DNA of 64,000 bases. Source: Alphaproteobacteria bacterium (lineage in GTDB: Bacteria > Pseudomonadota > Alphaproteobacteria > G965222575). Shown piece by piece: positions 18,331 through 26,954 of the stretch. Both the position numbers and the translations under genes were made by a program. The first letter of the stretch is position 1, and each line of letters begins with the position of its first letter. The notes beneath the pieces are model-generated. The model made no database searches. It was not told where the DNA came from and saw only the letters and a list, made by a program, of their open reading frames with translations. The DNA lies in NCBI GenBank assembly GCA_965222575.1, contig OZ244958.1:288001-352000 (forward strand), in the 5' to 3' direction.

Positions 18331-19372
18331 TAACAAAAAGCCTGCTCTCCCTTTGCTCTTCCTGAGTGTTTGCCTGCTTGCCGTTTTCCCTCTACAGGGG
18401 TGTTTCAAAAGAGCCCCATCGCCACCACCTCCTCCGCCTCAAGAACCATCACAACCCTCGCAAAGTACAGCAAGAGACCTCAAAATTTTCTCTCCGCCCC
18501 CCTTGAATGCTTCAATCGATAACGTCCTGGTAGGCGTGCCTTATAAAATCAAAGGCAAATGGTATAGCCCTAAAAAAACCTCCCGTTACAAGGAAACAGG
18601 AATCGCTTCTTGGTATGGAAAACCATTCCATGGACGAAAAGCCGCTAATGGGGAAATTTACAACATGTACCACCTCACAGCAGCTCATCAAACGCTACCC
18701 TTGCCTTCTATCGTACGGGTCACCAATTTAGACAATAACCGCTCCTTGCTTGTGCGAATCAATGATAGAGGCCCCTTTATCAATGGACGCATTATTGACT
18801 TGAGTTTACGGGCCGCTCAATTACTAGACTTACATCAAAAGGGTCTTGCGCCCGTTCGCGTCGAACTGGTTTCGCCCTCTCAAGAAGAGCTACAGCAACA
18901 AGCCCTTGCCTTAAAACTCTCCTGTGAAGGACGCCTCTCTTTAGATAAAGCCCTATCCGGGTATCCCAACACACTGCCTACAGAAACAGACAACAAAACA
19001 CAGGACGACACAGAAGAGAATTCTCTCTTGAAAAGAGTTGGTAAAATCCTAGAAGAATTGGCTGACCAATTAGAAAACCGTCCTTTATCTCTTAAAGAAT
19101 TGCTACAAGAAAAGGCGGAAACCGCTGAATATAAAATTTTTGTGCAGGTTGCAGCGCTTTCCATAGAAAAAAATGCCGTGACACTCAAGAATTTCCTGCA
19201 AGACAAGTTACAAACCCCTGTGCAAATCATGCCGTACGCTGTCTCCTCTTCTCGTATCCTCTTCAGAGTCTCCGTAGGGCCTTTTGAGAGCCTTGAAAAA
19301 GCTGATGATATCCTACAGCGGCTCATTGACACAGGGTATCAGGACTCCATCATTGTCGTACGCAGGTTCTAA
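18314..19372 (+). CDS. rlpA: Septal lytic transglycosylase RlpA with SPOR domain
   Basis: Lipobox LQGC; GIASWYG, TAAHQTLPLP, RINDRGPF, RIIDLS; C-terminal SPOR. Confidence 0.92.
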   Translation: MLSNNNNKKPALPLLFLSVCLLAVFPLQGCFKRAPSPPPPPPQEPSQPSQSTARDLKIFSPPPLNASIDNVLVGVPYKIKGKWYSPKKTSRYKETGIASWYGKPFHGRKAANGEIYNMYHLTAAHQTLPLPSIVRVTNLDNNRSLLVRINDRGPFINGRIIDLSLRAAQLLDLHQKGLAPVRVELVSPSQEELQQQALALKLSCEGRLSLDKALSGYPNTLPTETDNKTQDDTEENSLLKRVGKILEELADQLENRPLSLKELLQEKAETAEYKIFVQVAALSIEKNAVTLKNFLQDKLQTPVQIMPYAVSSSRILFRVSVGPFESLEKADDILQRLIDTGYQDSIIVVRRF

Positions 19373-20041
19373 ATGCCACCTCCTCTTATCGCCCCTTCTC
19401 TCTTAGCAGCCAACCCCTTGGACTTCAAAGAAGAAATTCTCCATCTCCAGCACCATACGGAAGCCGATAGACTGCACCTAGACGTCATGGATGGACATTT
19501 CGTACCAGCTATTTCCTTTGGAGCAGGCTTGATTAAGGCTATTAGGCATCTCACGACTCTGCCCCTTGATGTGCATCTGATGATAACGCCTACTGCCTCT
19601 TCTGTGCACCAGTTTATTGAAGCGGGTCCCGACTCCATTGCTATTCATTATGAAGCAGACAAAAATCTTACGCCTTTCTTGGAAGCGATTAAAAAAGCGA
19701 AGATAAAAGCAGCGTTAGCAATCAATCCTCGCACCTCGTACACTCTTCTTATCCCTTTCTTGCCCCTTTTAGACCAGATTGTCATCATGACGGTTGTGCC
19801 GGGAGAATGCGGACAGCCCTTTTTACCGGAGATTGTTGGGAAAGTGCAAGCCCTTAAAAAGCTCATTGTGGAAAAAAACCTGCCTATCCGCCTCGTAGTA
19901 GACGGCGGTATCACCCTTAAGACAGCCCCTATTGCACTTCTAGCCGGGGCGCATATTCTTGTTAGTGGCAGTGGACTTTTTTCCTTCCCAAGAGAACAAA
20001 GAGCTTCTGTTATCAAGAAAATGAAAGAGCTTCCCTCGTGA
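19373..20041 (+). CDS. rpe: Ribulose-phosphate 3-epimerase
   Basis: IAPSLL, HLDVMDGHFVP, DVHLMI, VDGGI. Confidence 0.96.
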   Translation: MPPPLIAPSLLAANPLDFKEEILHLQHHTEADRLHLDVMDGHFVPAISFGAGLIKAIRHLTTLPLDVHLMITPTASSVHQFIEAGPDSIAIHYEADKNLTPFLEAIKKAKIKAALAINPRTSYTLLIPFLPLLDQIVIMTVVPGECGQPFLPEIVGKVQALKKLIVEKNLPIRLVVDGGITLKTAPIALLAGAHILVSGSGLFSFPREQRASVIKKMKELPS

Positions 20042-21603
20042 TAAAAGATATTCGTCCTATAAAAAGAGTGCTTGTGTCTTTAGCTGATAAAGAGTCGTTT
20101 TTGCCTTTTATCAAAGACATTGTCTTGCTAGCGGAGCAACACCACCACCCTGTTGAACTGCTCTCAACAGGTGAGACTGCCAAGGTTTTAAGAGAGCAGG
20201 GTCTTTCCGTTATACTTGTGGAAGAGGTGACGGCTTTTCCGCCTCTTCTCGGGGGGCGCGTAAAGACACTCCATCCTAAAATCCATGGGGCTCTTTTAGC
20301 GTCTCCTGATAATCAGGCACACCAGAAAGAGATGCAGCACTATGGGATAACCCCTGTGGATATGGTGATTGTGTCTTTATACCCTTTTGAAAAAGCTGTC
20401 AAAGACGGACTATCTCCCCAGAGGTGTTTAGAACAGATTGATATAGGCGGGTCTGCTCTATTGAGAGCTGGGGCTAAGAATGCAGACAATGTGAGTGTGA
20501 TTTGTGATACTGAAAGTGCTCGTTGTGCCTTAGAGGACATGAAAAAATTTGCCGGTATCCGACTTAAGACGCGTAAACAATTGGCGTACAAAACCTTTAG
20601 CCTCACGGCGCGTTACGATGCTCTTATAGCGCAATACTTACAAAAAAAAGAGTCGGGAGAATCCTTTCCTCCAACATGGACACTTACCGGCACACGCAAG
20701 CAAGTATTGCGCTATGGGGAAAACCCCCACCAAAAGGCGGCAGCTTATGTTACCACGCAAGGAGGTCTCCTTAGTGCTTCACAACTTCAAGGAAAAGAGT
20801 TGTCCTTTAATAACTTATTAGATGGTAATAGCGCTTGGAAAATTGTGACAGCCCTAGCCCCTCATCCTTGCCCACATAAAGTTGTCATTGTCAAGCATGG
20901 TAACCCTTGTGGCGTTGCAAAGGGGGCGTCTCTTCTTGAGACATGGAACAAGGCTCTTCATGCCGATAAAATCAGCGCTTTCGGTGGTATTATTGCTGTG
21001 AACTCAACCATCCATAAGGATGTTGCAGAGGCCATGACAAAGGAGTTCATTGAACTTGTACTTTGCCCCTCCCTCACAGAAGAGGCAAAAAGTGTCTTTC
21101 AACGAAAAAAATCCTTACGCCTGCTAGTGACTGCCGCACCTCCTCCTGCCTTGTATGAAAGTCGCCCCATCAGTGGAGGCTTTTTAGTACAAGAAGCGGA
21201 TACTCCCCCCCTCTCTCCCGATACCTTCCAAGTGGTGACCCACAAAGCCCCTACTCCCCAACAGATGGAAGACCTTCTTTTTGCTTTTGATGTCTGTCGG
21301 TTTGTACAATCAAACGCCATTGTTTTAGCGAAAGACGGGGTTACTGTCGGTATTGGAGCTGGACAAATGAACAGACTAGATAGTGTGAGTCTTGCTCTCC
21401 AAAAGGCAGCCCAAGGCAAAGGGTTGGTAGCTGCTAGTGATGCCTTCTTTCCTTTCCCAGATGCCCTAGAACTCTTAGCAAAGGCAAAAGTGGAAGCGGT
21501 GATACAACCCGGGGGGGCTAAGAGAGACCAAGAAGTTATCTCGTCTGCGAACCGCACTGGTCTTGCCATGGTGATGACCCGCCGCCGTGCTTTCTCGCAC
21601 TAA
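20038..21603 (+). CDS. purH: AICAR transformylase/IMP cyclohydrolase
   Basis: GRVKTLHP, IDIGG, LRYGENPHQ, ASDAFFPF. Confidence 0.97.
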   Translation: MIKDIRPIKRVLVSLADKESFLPFIKDIVLLAEQHHHPVELLSTGETAKVLREQGLSVILVEEVTAFPPLLGGRVKTLHPKIHGALLASPDNQAHQKEMQHYGITPVDMVIVSLYPFEKAVKDGLSPQRCLEQIDIGGSALLRAGAKNADNVSVICDTESARCALEDMKKFAGIRLKTRKQLAYKTFSLTARYDALIAQYLQKKESGESFPPTWTLTGTRKQVLRYGENPHQKAAAYVTTQGGLLSASQLQGKELSFNNLLDGNSAWKIVTALAPHPCPHKVVIVKHGNPCGVAKGASLLETWNKALHADKISAFGGIIAVNSTIHKDVAEAMTKEFIELVLCPSLTEEAKSVFQRKKSLRLLVTAAPPPALYESRPISGGFLVQEADTPPLSPDTFQVVTHKAPTPQQMEDLLFAFDVCRFVQSNAIVLAKDGVTVGIGAGQMNRLDSVSLALQKAAQGKGLVAASDAFFPFPDALELLAKAKVEAVIQPGGAKRDQEVISSANRTGLAMVMTRRRAFSH

Positions 21604-21668
21604 TCCGTCTCTATCTAGGGGAAACATGGGGGATAGAGAAGAGACCTTGTACAAAGGAGGTGAAGAAG

Positions 21669-21755
21669 GTGAAAAACCCTATTGTTGGGACGAATATAGA
21701 GCGCCCCACTTGGCTCTCCCCAGAACAAGCAGTACAATACTTAGGAATCAAGTAA
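21669..21755 (+). pseudogene. Truncated excisionase-like HTH_17 protein
   Basis: AGGAGGT SD then GTG: MKNPIVGTNIERPTWLSPEQAVQYLGIK-stop; WLS..QA..YLGI resembles the first helix of Xis/HTH_17. Confidence 0.55.
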
Positions 21756-21761
21756 TTGAAA

Positions 21762-21843
21762 ATAAGGCACTTGCAGAGGAAAGATGGATGTGATATCTTA
21801 ATGAGATAAGGATAAGGCACTTGACGGAGGAAAGATGGATGTG
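21762..21843. repeat. Two ~31-bp direct repeats (ATAAGGCACTTG..GAGGAAAGATGGATGTG), 50-bp period
   Basis: 21762-21792 versus 21812-21843. Confidence 0.75.
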
Positions 21844-22006
21844 GCAAAATAAATTTCATCTAGCGGAGCCGTGGGGGATAACGGAAATGAGGCAGGAAAT
21901 GGGTGCAAGGATATTGAAAATTAAAACTTGACAAAGGATTGGAAATTGCTTATACTCTAAAAAGATTTGAAAATGTGGTATATTAATAAAATAAGGATAT
22001 AAAAAA

Positions 22007-22342
22007 ATGAATTTATTAGATAAGATAGGAAAGAGGCTAAAAATAGAAGATCTGAAAGGGCTTCCAGACGATCTCAGGATTCAGTTAAATTTTGCTAGGA
22101 AGATTCCATTATCTGATGAGATTACTCATATCATAGATAGTAGGTATCAAGGGGCAGCAGATATTGATGAAATAATTTATGAATTTTATAAGAGGAAGCA
22201 AAAAATCATACAGCGCAAGGACTTCTATAAAATTATAAACAATATGCTGAAAAATAACATGATTTATAGAGTTAAAGGCAGAAGAGGAGTTTATTGCACA
22301 AGTGAAGGGAAAAAAATATGTGAAAACGAAATAGAATCATGA
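22007..22342 (+). CDS. Hypothetical winged-helix-like protein
   Basis: DLKGLPDDL...DIDEIIYEFY...MIYRVKGRRGVY; AT-rich; TTGACA/TATACT promoter-like boxes upstream. Confidence 0.6.
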   Translation: MNLLDKIGKRLKIEDLKGLPDDLRIQLNFARKIPLSDEITHIIDSRYQGAADIDEIIYEFYKRKQKIIQRKDFYKIINNMLKNNMIYRVKGRRGVYCTSEGKKICENEIES

Positions 22343-22385
22343 AGAATGGACTATAAATATAGTACTCTAATTTTAGGTAGGTTGT

Positions 22386-24197
22386 ATGAAGCTCATTAAA
22401 TTCCGGATACAAAACTATAAATCTATCAAGGACTCTGGGTGGTGCGACCTTGACTCTGATTTAATAGTACTTGCAGGTAAAAATGAGTCTGGGAAAACTT
22501 CAATTCTTGAGGCTCTACGGGATTTTAATACTAACGTTGAGAATCTGGAGGATGCACAGCCAATTGATAATAATGATGATAAACCTAAAATTACAATGTG
22601 TTTTGAGGTTAAAAAGCCGTTATTAGATGCAATTGCTAAGGAAGGAGATTTGAAAATCACTCGTGAGGTACGAGGTTATATATCAAAAAATCCTGTAACT
22701 ATTTCGAAATTTCATGATGGCGAGTATTGTATGAACGAAGAGCTTAATACTCTTCTTAATAAGGAAGAATTGAAAGAGCAGAAAGACGAAACACAAAAGC
22801 TTTCCAATATACTGAAAAGCTTGGATTTTTATGAAGAACTAGAAATTCCTTCTTTACAAGGTATTACTACCTCTGAAGAACTCAAAGAGTGCATTAGCAA
22901 AATCAGAGGAAAATTAGAAGAGTACTCTTTTAACGAAAAAGATACAATTATTAAAAAGCTAGAAACTATCACTAATGCATTACAAATAGATAGTATCTCA
23001 AGTAAATTCCTACAAAAGCTAAAAGAGAAAATCCCAAACTTTATACTCTTTACCAGTTTTTCAGATCTTTTGCCTTATGAAGTACCATTTAGTGAAATAA
23101 AAAATCACAAGGCAATAAAATATTTTGAGACAATAGCTAATCTTGATTTAGAGAAGATTGGTCAAGAAAGTGATTCACAAAAACGTTCTATTCAATTAGC
23201 AAAAGCAGCAGCAAAAATTACAGGTAACTTTCATGACTATTACAAGCAAAATAAAATTGATCTTTCTGTTGTCCCAAATGGAGAGAAGATATGCTTTTGG
23301 GTGAAGGATAGTAACTCTACTACACTGTTCAAAATAGAGCAAAGAAGTAAAGGCTTTCAATGGTTTTTATCTTTTTATCTATGCCTCAACGCAGAGTGTA
23401 GCGACAATGAAACAAGCGTCATTTTGATTGATGAACCTGATTTGCATCTCCATGCTAAGGCACAACAAGATGTATTGAAAGTACTAACTGACCTTTCAAA
23501 GAAATCTCAAGTCATATTTGGCACGCACTCACCCTATTTAATTGATGCAGAAAGACTTGATAGAGTGCGCCTAGTGGAGAAAAGAGTGCGCCTAGTTGAG
23601 AAAGATGAAGAAGAAGAAGGGACAAAAATTAATGGAATTCATAAAAATGCTGGTGCTGAAACACTAACACCTATCATAACAGCCATTGGACTTGATCTAT
23701 CACAATCCTTATCTTTTGAAAAGAGTAAAAAGCATGTATTACTTGAGGGGATATCTGACTATTATTACATGGAGGCCTTTCGAGAGCACTTGAATCTAAA
23801 GGTTGATCTAAGTTTTATTCCTTGTATAGGCGCCTCAAAGATACCTAATCTTGTGTCTTTATTAATAGGCTGGGGCTTCGACTATGCAGTAGTTTTAGAC
23901 AATGATAAAGCGGGAAAGACAGTTGAGAAAAAACTAAAAACAGGTATGATAATAGAGAAGAGAAAAATTATTTTTGTTGGGGAAGAAAATGACAACATTG
24001 AAGCATTGTTTTCAAAAAATGATAGAGAGCAGCATGATATTGAGTCAGACAAATCAAACAAAGCCTTAATAGCAAAAGAATTGCATGAGAAGGCTCTTAA
24101 AAATTCACTCTCTGTATCAAACGAAACAAAATCTGCTTTCAAAAAACTCTTTGAAAAAATTGAAGACGCCTTTCAAGAAAAAAACTCCTCCAATTAG
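22386..24197 (+). CDS. OLD-family ABC-ATPase/TOPRIM nuclease (candidate anti-phage protein)
   Basis: Walker A GKNESGKT, SKGFQWF signature, Walker B ILIDEP, THSP, TOPRIM LLEGISD and VLDND. Confidence 0.85.
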   Translation: MKLIKFRIQNYKSIKDSGWCDLDSDLIVLAGKNESGKTSILEALRDFNTNVENLEDAQPIDNNDDKPKITMCFEVKKPLLDAIAKEGDLKITREVRGYISKNPVTISKFHDGEYCMNEELNTLLNKEELKEQKDETQKLSNILKSLDFYEELEIPSLQGITTSEELKECISKIRGKLEEYSFNEKDTIIKKLETITNALQIDSISSKFLQKLKEKIPNFILFTSFSDLLPYEVPFSEIKNHKAIKYFETIANLDLEKIGQESDSQKRSIQLAKAAAKITGNFHDYYKQNKIDLSVVPNGEKICFWVKDSNSTTLFKIEQRSKGFQWFLSFYLCLNAECSDNETSVILIDEPDLHLHAKAQQDVLKVLTDLSKKSQVIFGTHSPYLIDAERLDRVRLVEKRVRLVEKDEEEEGTKINGIHKNAGAETLTPIITAIGLDLSQSLSFEKSKKHVLLEGISDYYYMEAFREHLNLKVDLSFIPCIGASKIPNLVSLLIGWGFDYAVVLDNDKAGKTVEKKLKTGMIIEKRKIIFVGEENDNIEALFSKNDREQHDIESDKSNKALIAKELHEKALKNSLSVSNETKSAFKKLFEKIEDAFQEKNSSN

Positions 24198-24404
24198 GGG
24201 TATCGTTCTCCTTTATAGTGAAGGATAGTCCAATCCCTTTACTTAGCACTCCACATTTATAACTTATTAATTGATTACCTGAATTGATATTCAATTATAG
24301 TGTATTTCCTCTTGATGTTGAAATCCCTGTAGTCTCTTCCTTCTATTTGAAAACTTCCCTGTGTCCTAGTATCCTGAAGTGTAGGAAAGAAGAGGAGAGG
24401 AGGT

Positions 24405-24755
24405 ATGTTCACCCCTTATCAAGCAAAGAGTTATGCGTACGACTTGACGGCTAAGAAGACAGGCTCAGAGCGCCTATCAGCCTCTTTAATGGAAGCAGAG
24501 ATTGAGACCTCAACCCCCATCAGATTGGAGCGGCTCTCTTTGTCTTGCGCTCTCCGCTCTCCAAAGGCGTCATCCTAGCGGACGAAGTCGGTTTAGGAAA
24601 GACCATTGAAGCAGGCCTCGTCCTTTGCCAGTACTGGACAGAGAGCAAACGCCACCTTCTTGTGATATGCCCTGCCTCCTTACGCCAGTAGTGGGCTTTA
24701 GAGATGAAAAGACAAGTTCCATCTGCCTAGCGCTATCATTGAAGAGAAGACCTCA
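24405..24755 (+). pseudogene. SNF2/DEAH helicase N-terminal fragment
   Basis: MFTPYQAKSYAYDLT / frameshift / DLNPHQIGAALF.LRSPLSKGVILADEVGLGKTIEAG...VICPASLRQ-stop. Confidence 0.85.
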
Positions 24756-24866
24756 CTCCCCCGTCTCCCCTTTTTCTCCCGTCTCCCCCGTCTCCCCCTT
24801 ATCCCCATCTTTGCCATCAACCCCTTTGGTTTTAATCTCCGCTACCGCCTTTAACGCCTCCGCCGC
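24753..24866 (-). pseudogene. Collagen-like (Gly-X-Y) fragment, probably from a phage fibre gene
   Basis: AEALKAVAEIKTKGVDGKDGDKGETGETGEKGETGE. Confidence 0.55.
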
Positions 24867-25128
24867 CGCAAAAGCTGGAGATTTAGCGGCTATAAAAACA
24901 TTGATAGGGGAGGGGGCAAACATCAACGGGAGTTCTTTCGCTGACTCACCGCTGAAAAAAGCCATTGAGGGAGACCACAAGGAGGTAGTAGCGTTTCTAG
25001 TGGAGAAGGGGGCTGATGTGAATGCAAAGACCAAGGACGGCATAACACCGCTCCAGTTAGCCAAAAAAAGCGGCAATAAGGATATAATCAAAATCCTAGA
25101 AACAGCGCTCAATAAGACAGAAGATTAG
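24865..25128 (+). pseudogene. Ankyrin protein copy 2, 5'-truncated
   Basis: Near-identical to the C-terminal parts of copies 1 and 3 from AAKAGDL onward. Confidence 0.8.
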
Positions 25129-25184
25129 TGCGTAAGCAGCTGTAGCTTGCCCAATATTTCAATAACGATACAAAGCCTTGGACG

Positions 25185-25226
25185 ATACAAAGCCTTGGAG
25201 GTTTTGTGGACACCAAGGCTTCGTAT
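25185..25226. terminator. Hairpin ATACAAAGCCTTGG...CCAAGGCTTCGTAT downstream of CRISPR repeat unit 2 (and of ankyrin copy 2)
   Basis: 14-bp stem with one G-U/mismatch; stem conserved but loop different in the 26658-26699 copy. Confidence 0.7.
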
Positions 25227-25252
25227 TTGATTACAAGGATACGATATATTTC

Positions 25253-25284
25253 GTTTCCATGTGACACGCCCGCGAAAGCGTGAA
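25253..25284 (-). CRISPR. Solitary degenerate type I-C-like repeat (unit 2)
   Basis: Minus strand TTCACGCTTTCGCGGGCGTGTCACATGGAAAC, 32 nt, hairpin plus GAAAC end. Confidence 0.65.
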
Positions 25285-25291
25285 TACCCCT

Positions 25292-25320
25292 AAGATATAA
25301 ACTTTTTCACTCGTTGTCAA
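25292..25320 (-). promoter_or_regulatory. Sigma70 promoter TTGACA-17nt-TATCTT, 7 nt before repeat unit 2
   Basis: Consensus -35 with optimal spacing. Confidence 0.7.
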
Positions 25321-25519
25321 TAGACTCTAATTTAAGAGAAAAAACTCCTAACATTTGCATTCTCCCCACAAAAGCTATAGACTTTGATAAAAAAGACGGG
25401 ACAAGCCTTTTGTGCTAGAGGCTGACTATGAAGGAGAGGATATCTCTTTAGTAGGCCGCGTAGTAGCCAGCATGCGGGAGTGGTAATCTCTATCCTAAAA
25501 CAAACTAAGATATCCCTTT

Positions 25520-26002
25520 ATGGCTTATAAAAAATGTCCAAACTGCTCAGAATTTAAGTTTAACGGCTTTATTTGTAAAAATTGTAAGTACAAATCGCCG
25601 CTAAAGAAAAAAACCGATATAATAGCCTTTGGCTTTCTTGCTATTTTTCTTCTAGGCATTTTCATTTTGGGAAAAGACGAACAGGCTAGCAAAGACGAAC
25701 AGGCTAGCTTGGAAGAGTCTGAAAAGCAGATAACTCTTGAGGATATCAAATAGGATGTGTATTTCAGAGCAAGAGACTCCATGAAAGAAGTAATAAAGGC
25801 ACCATCAACAGCAAAATTCGCTAGCTATTCTGATAGTACCATAGTAACCGATGGAGGATGGCCTGTAGTAACTGTTAGTGTTATCTCATATGTTGATGCG
25901 CAAAATTCCTTTGGCGCTATGCTCCGACAGAACTTCAAAGTTATAGTCTCTTATAACTATAACACTGATAAATATACCCTTCTTGATTACTCTCTTTATT
26001 AA
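25520..26002 (+). pseudogene. Zn-ribbon/TM phage-type membrane protein interrupted by an in-frame TAG at 25751
   Basis: ORFs 25520-25753 (CPNC..CKNC, TM) and 25757-26002 (KAPSTAKF...SYVDAQNSFGAMLR) are in the same frame. Confidence 0.7.
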
Positions 26003-26227
26003 AATCCAATTACAGGCACATCTGGGGCGTGACTTTTCCCCGGCTAGCCTGCTCTTCTGTGAAGTCTTGATTTTGTTTTTCTTGTCTCTCAAGAGATAAA
26101 AAATCTACAAACCTTTATTTTCTGGGCGGGGGAAAATTGCAAATGTTTATTTTCCGAGAGCTCTTTTTGATGTTCCGCCTATAAGGGGGTATAAACCAAG
26201 TTAAAATAAGGGTTTATACGCGGTTAG

Positions 26228-26629
26228 ATGCCCTTAGATGCCTTTACAAGCCTTTATTTGTTTTTACACCCTGCTAAGGCAGGAATTTTAGACTCACTGC
26301 TCAAACAAATCGTCAAAGAGCAAACGGGTATTGATATTGATAACCTTACCTCTGCAATCCAAGCGGCGGCTAAAAGTGGAGATTTAGCGGCTATAAAAAC
26401 ATTGATAGGGGAGGGGGCAAACATCAACGGGAGTTCATTCGCCGACTCACCGCTGAAAAAAGCCATTGAGGGAGACCACAAGGAGGTAGTAGCGTTTCTA
26501 GTGGAGAAGGGGGCTGATGTGAATACAAAGACCAAGGACGGCTTAACACCGCTTCAGTTAGCGGTTAAAGGAGGCAATAAGGATATAATCAAAATCCTAG
26601 AAACAGCGCTCAATAAGACAGAAGATTAG
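26228..26629 (+). CDS. Ankyrin protein copy 3, signal peptide replaced
   Basis: Homology to copy 1 starts at HPAKAGILDSLLKQ (~26268). Confidence 0.75.
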   Translation: MPLDAFTSLYLFLHPAKAGILDSLLKQIVKEQTGIDIDNLTSAIQAAAKSGDLAAIKTLIGEGANINGSSFADSPLKKAIEGDHKEVVAFLVEKGADVNTKTKDGLTPLQLAVKGGNKDIIKILETALNKTED

Positions 26630-26657
26630 TGCGTAAGCTGTAGCTTGTCCAATAACG

Positions 26658-26699
26658 ATACAAAGCCTTGGAGGTTTTAGCGCCACCAAGGCTTCGTAT
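26658..26699. terminator. Hairpin downstream of CRISPR repeat unit 3
   Basis: Same stem as 25185-25226. Confidence 0.7.
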
Positions 26700-26725
26700 T
26701 TGATTACAAGGATACGATATATTTC

Positions 26726-26757
26726 GTTTCCATGTGACACGCCCGCGAAAGCGCGAA
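26726..26757 (-). CRISPR. Solitary degenerate type I-C-like repeat (unit 3)
   Basis: Minus strand TTCGCGCTTTCGCGGGCGTGTCACATGGAAAC; differs from unit 2 by one A-to-G change that keeps stem pairing (G-U). Confidence 0.65.
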
Positions 26758-26764
26758 TACCCCT

Positions 26765-26793
26765 AAGATATAAACTTTTTCACTCGTTGTCAA
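26765..26793 (-). promoter_or_regulatory. Sigma70 promoter TTGACA-17nt-TATCTT before repeat unit 3
   Basis: Identical to 25292-25320. Confidence 0.7.
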
Positions 26794-26954
26794 TACCTAG
26801 TCCAGTAGTGGGGGTATCTCGGCTTGTGCGCCTGCTCTAATTTTTTACCACAATTATTTCCCCAACTTGGCAAAAATTACCATTCGTAATTTCCCCAGTC
26901 CGCTCAGCTGTACCAATGCCTAATCACTCTTTACCCCTTATTTAACATGGTTTA

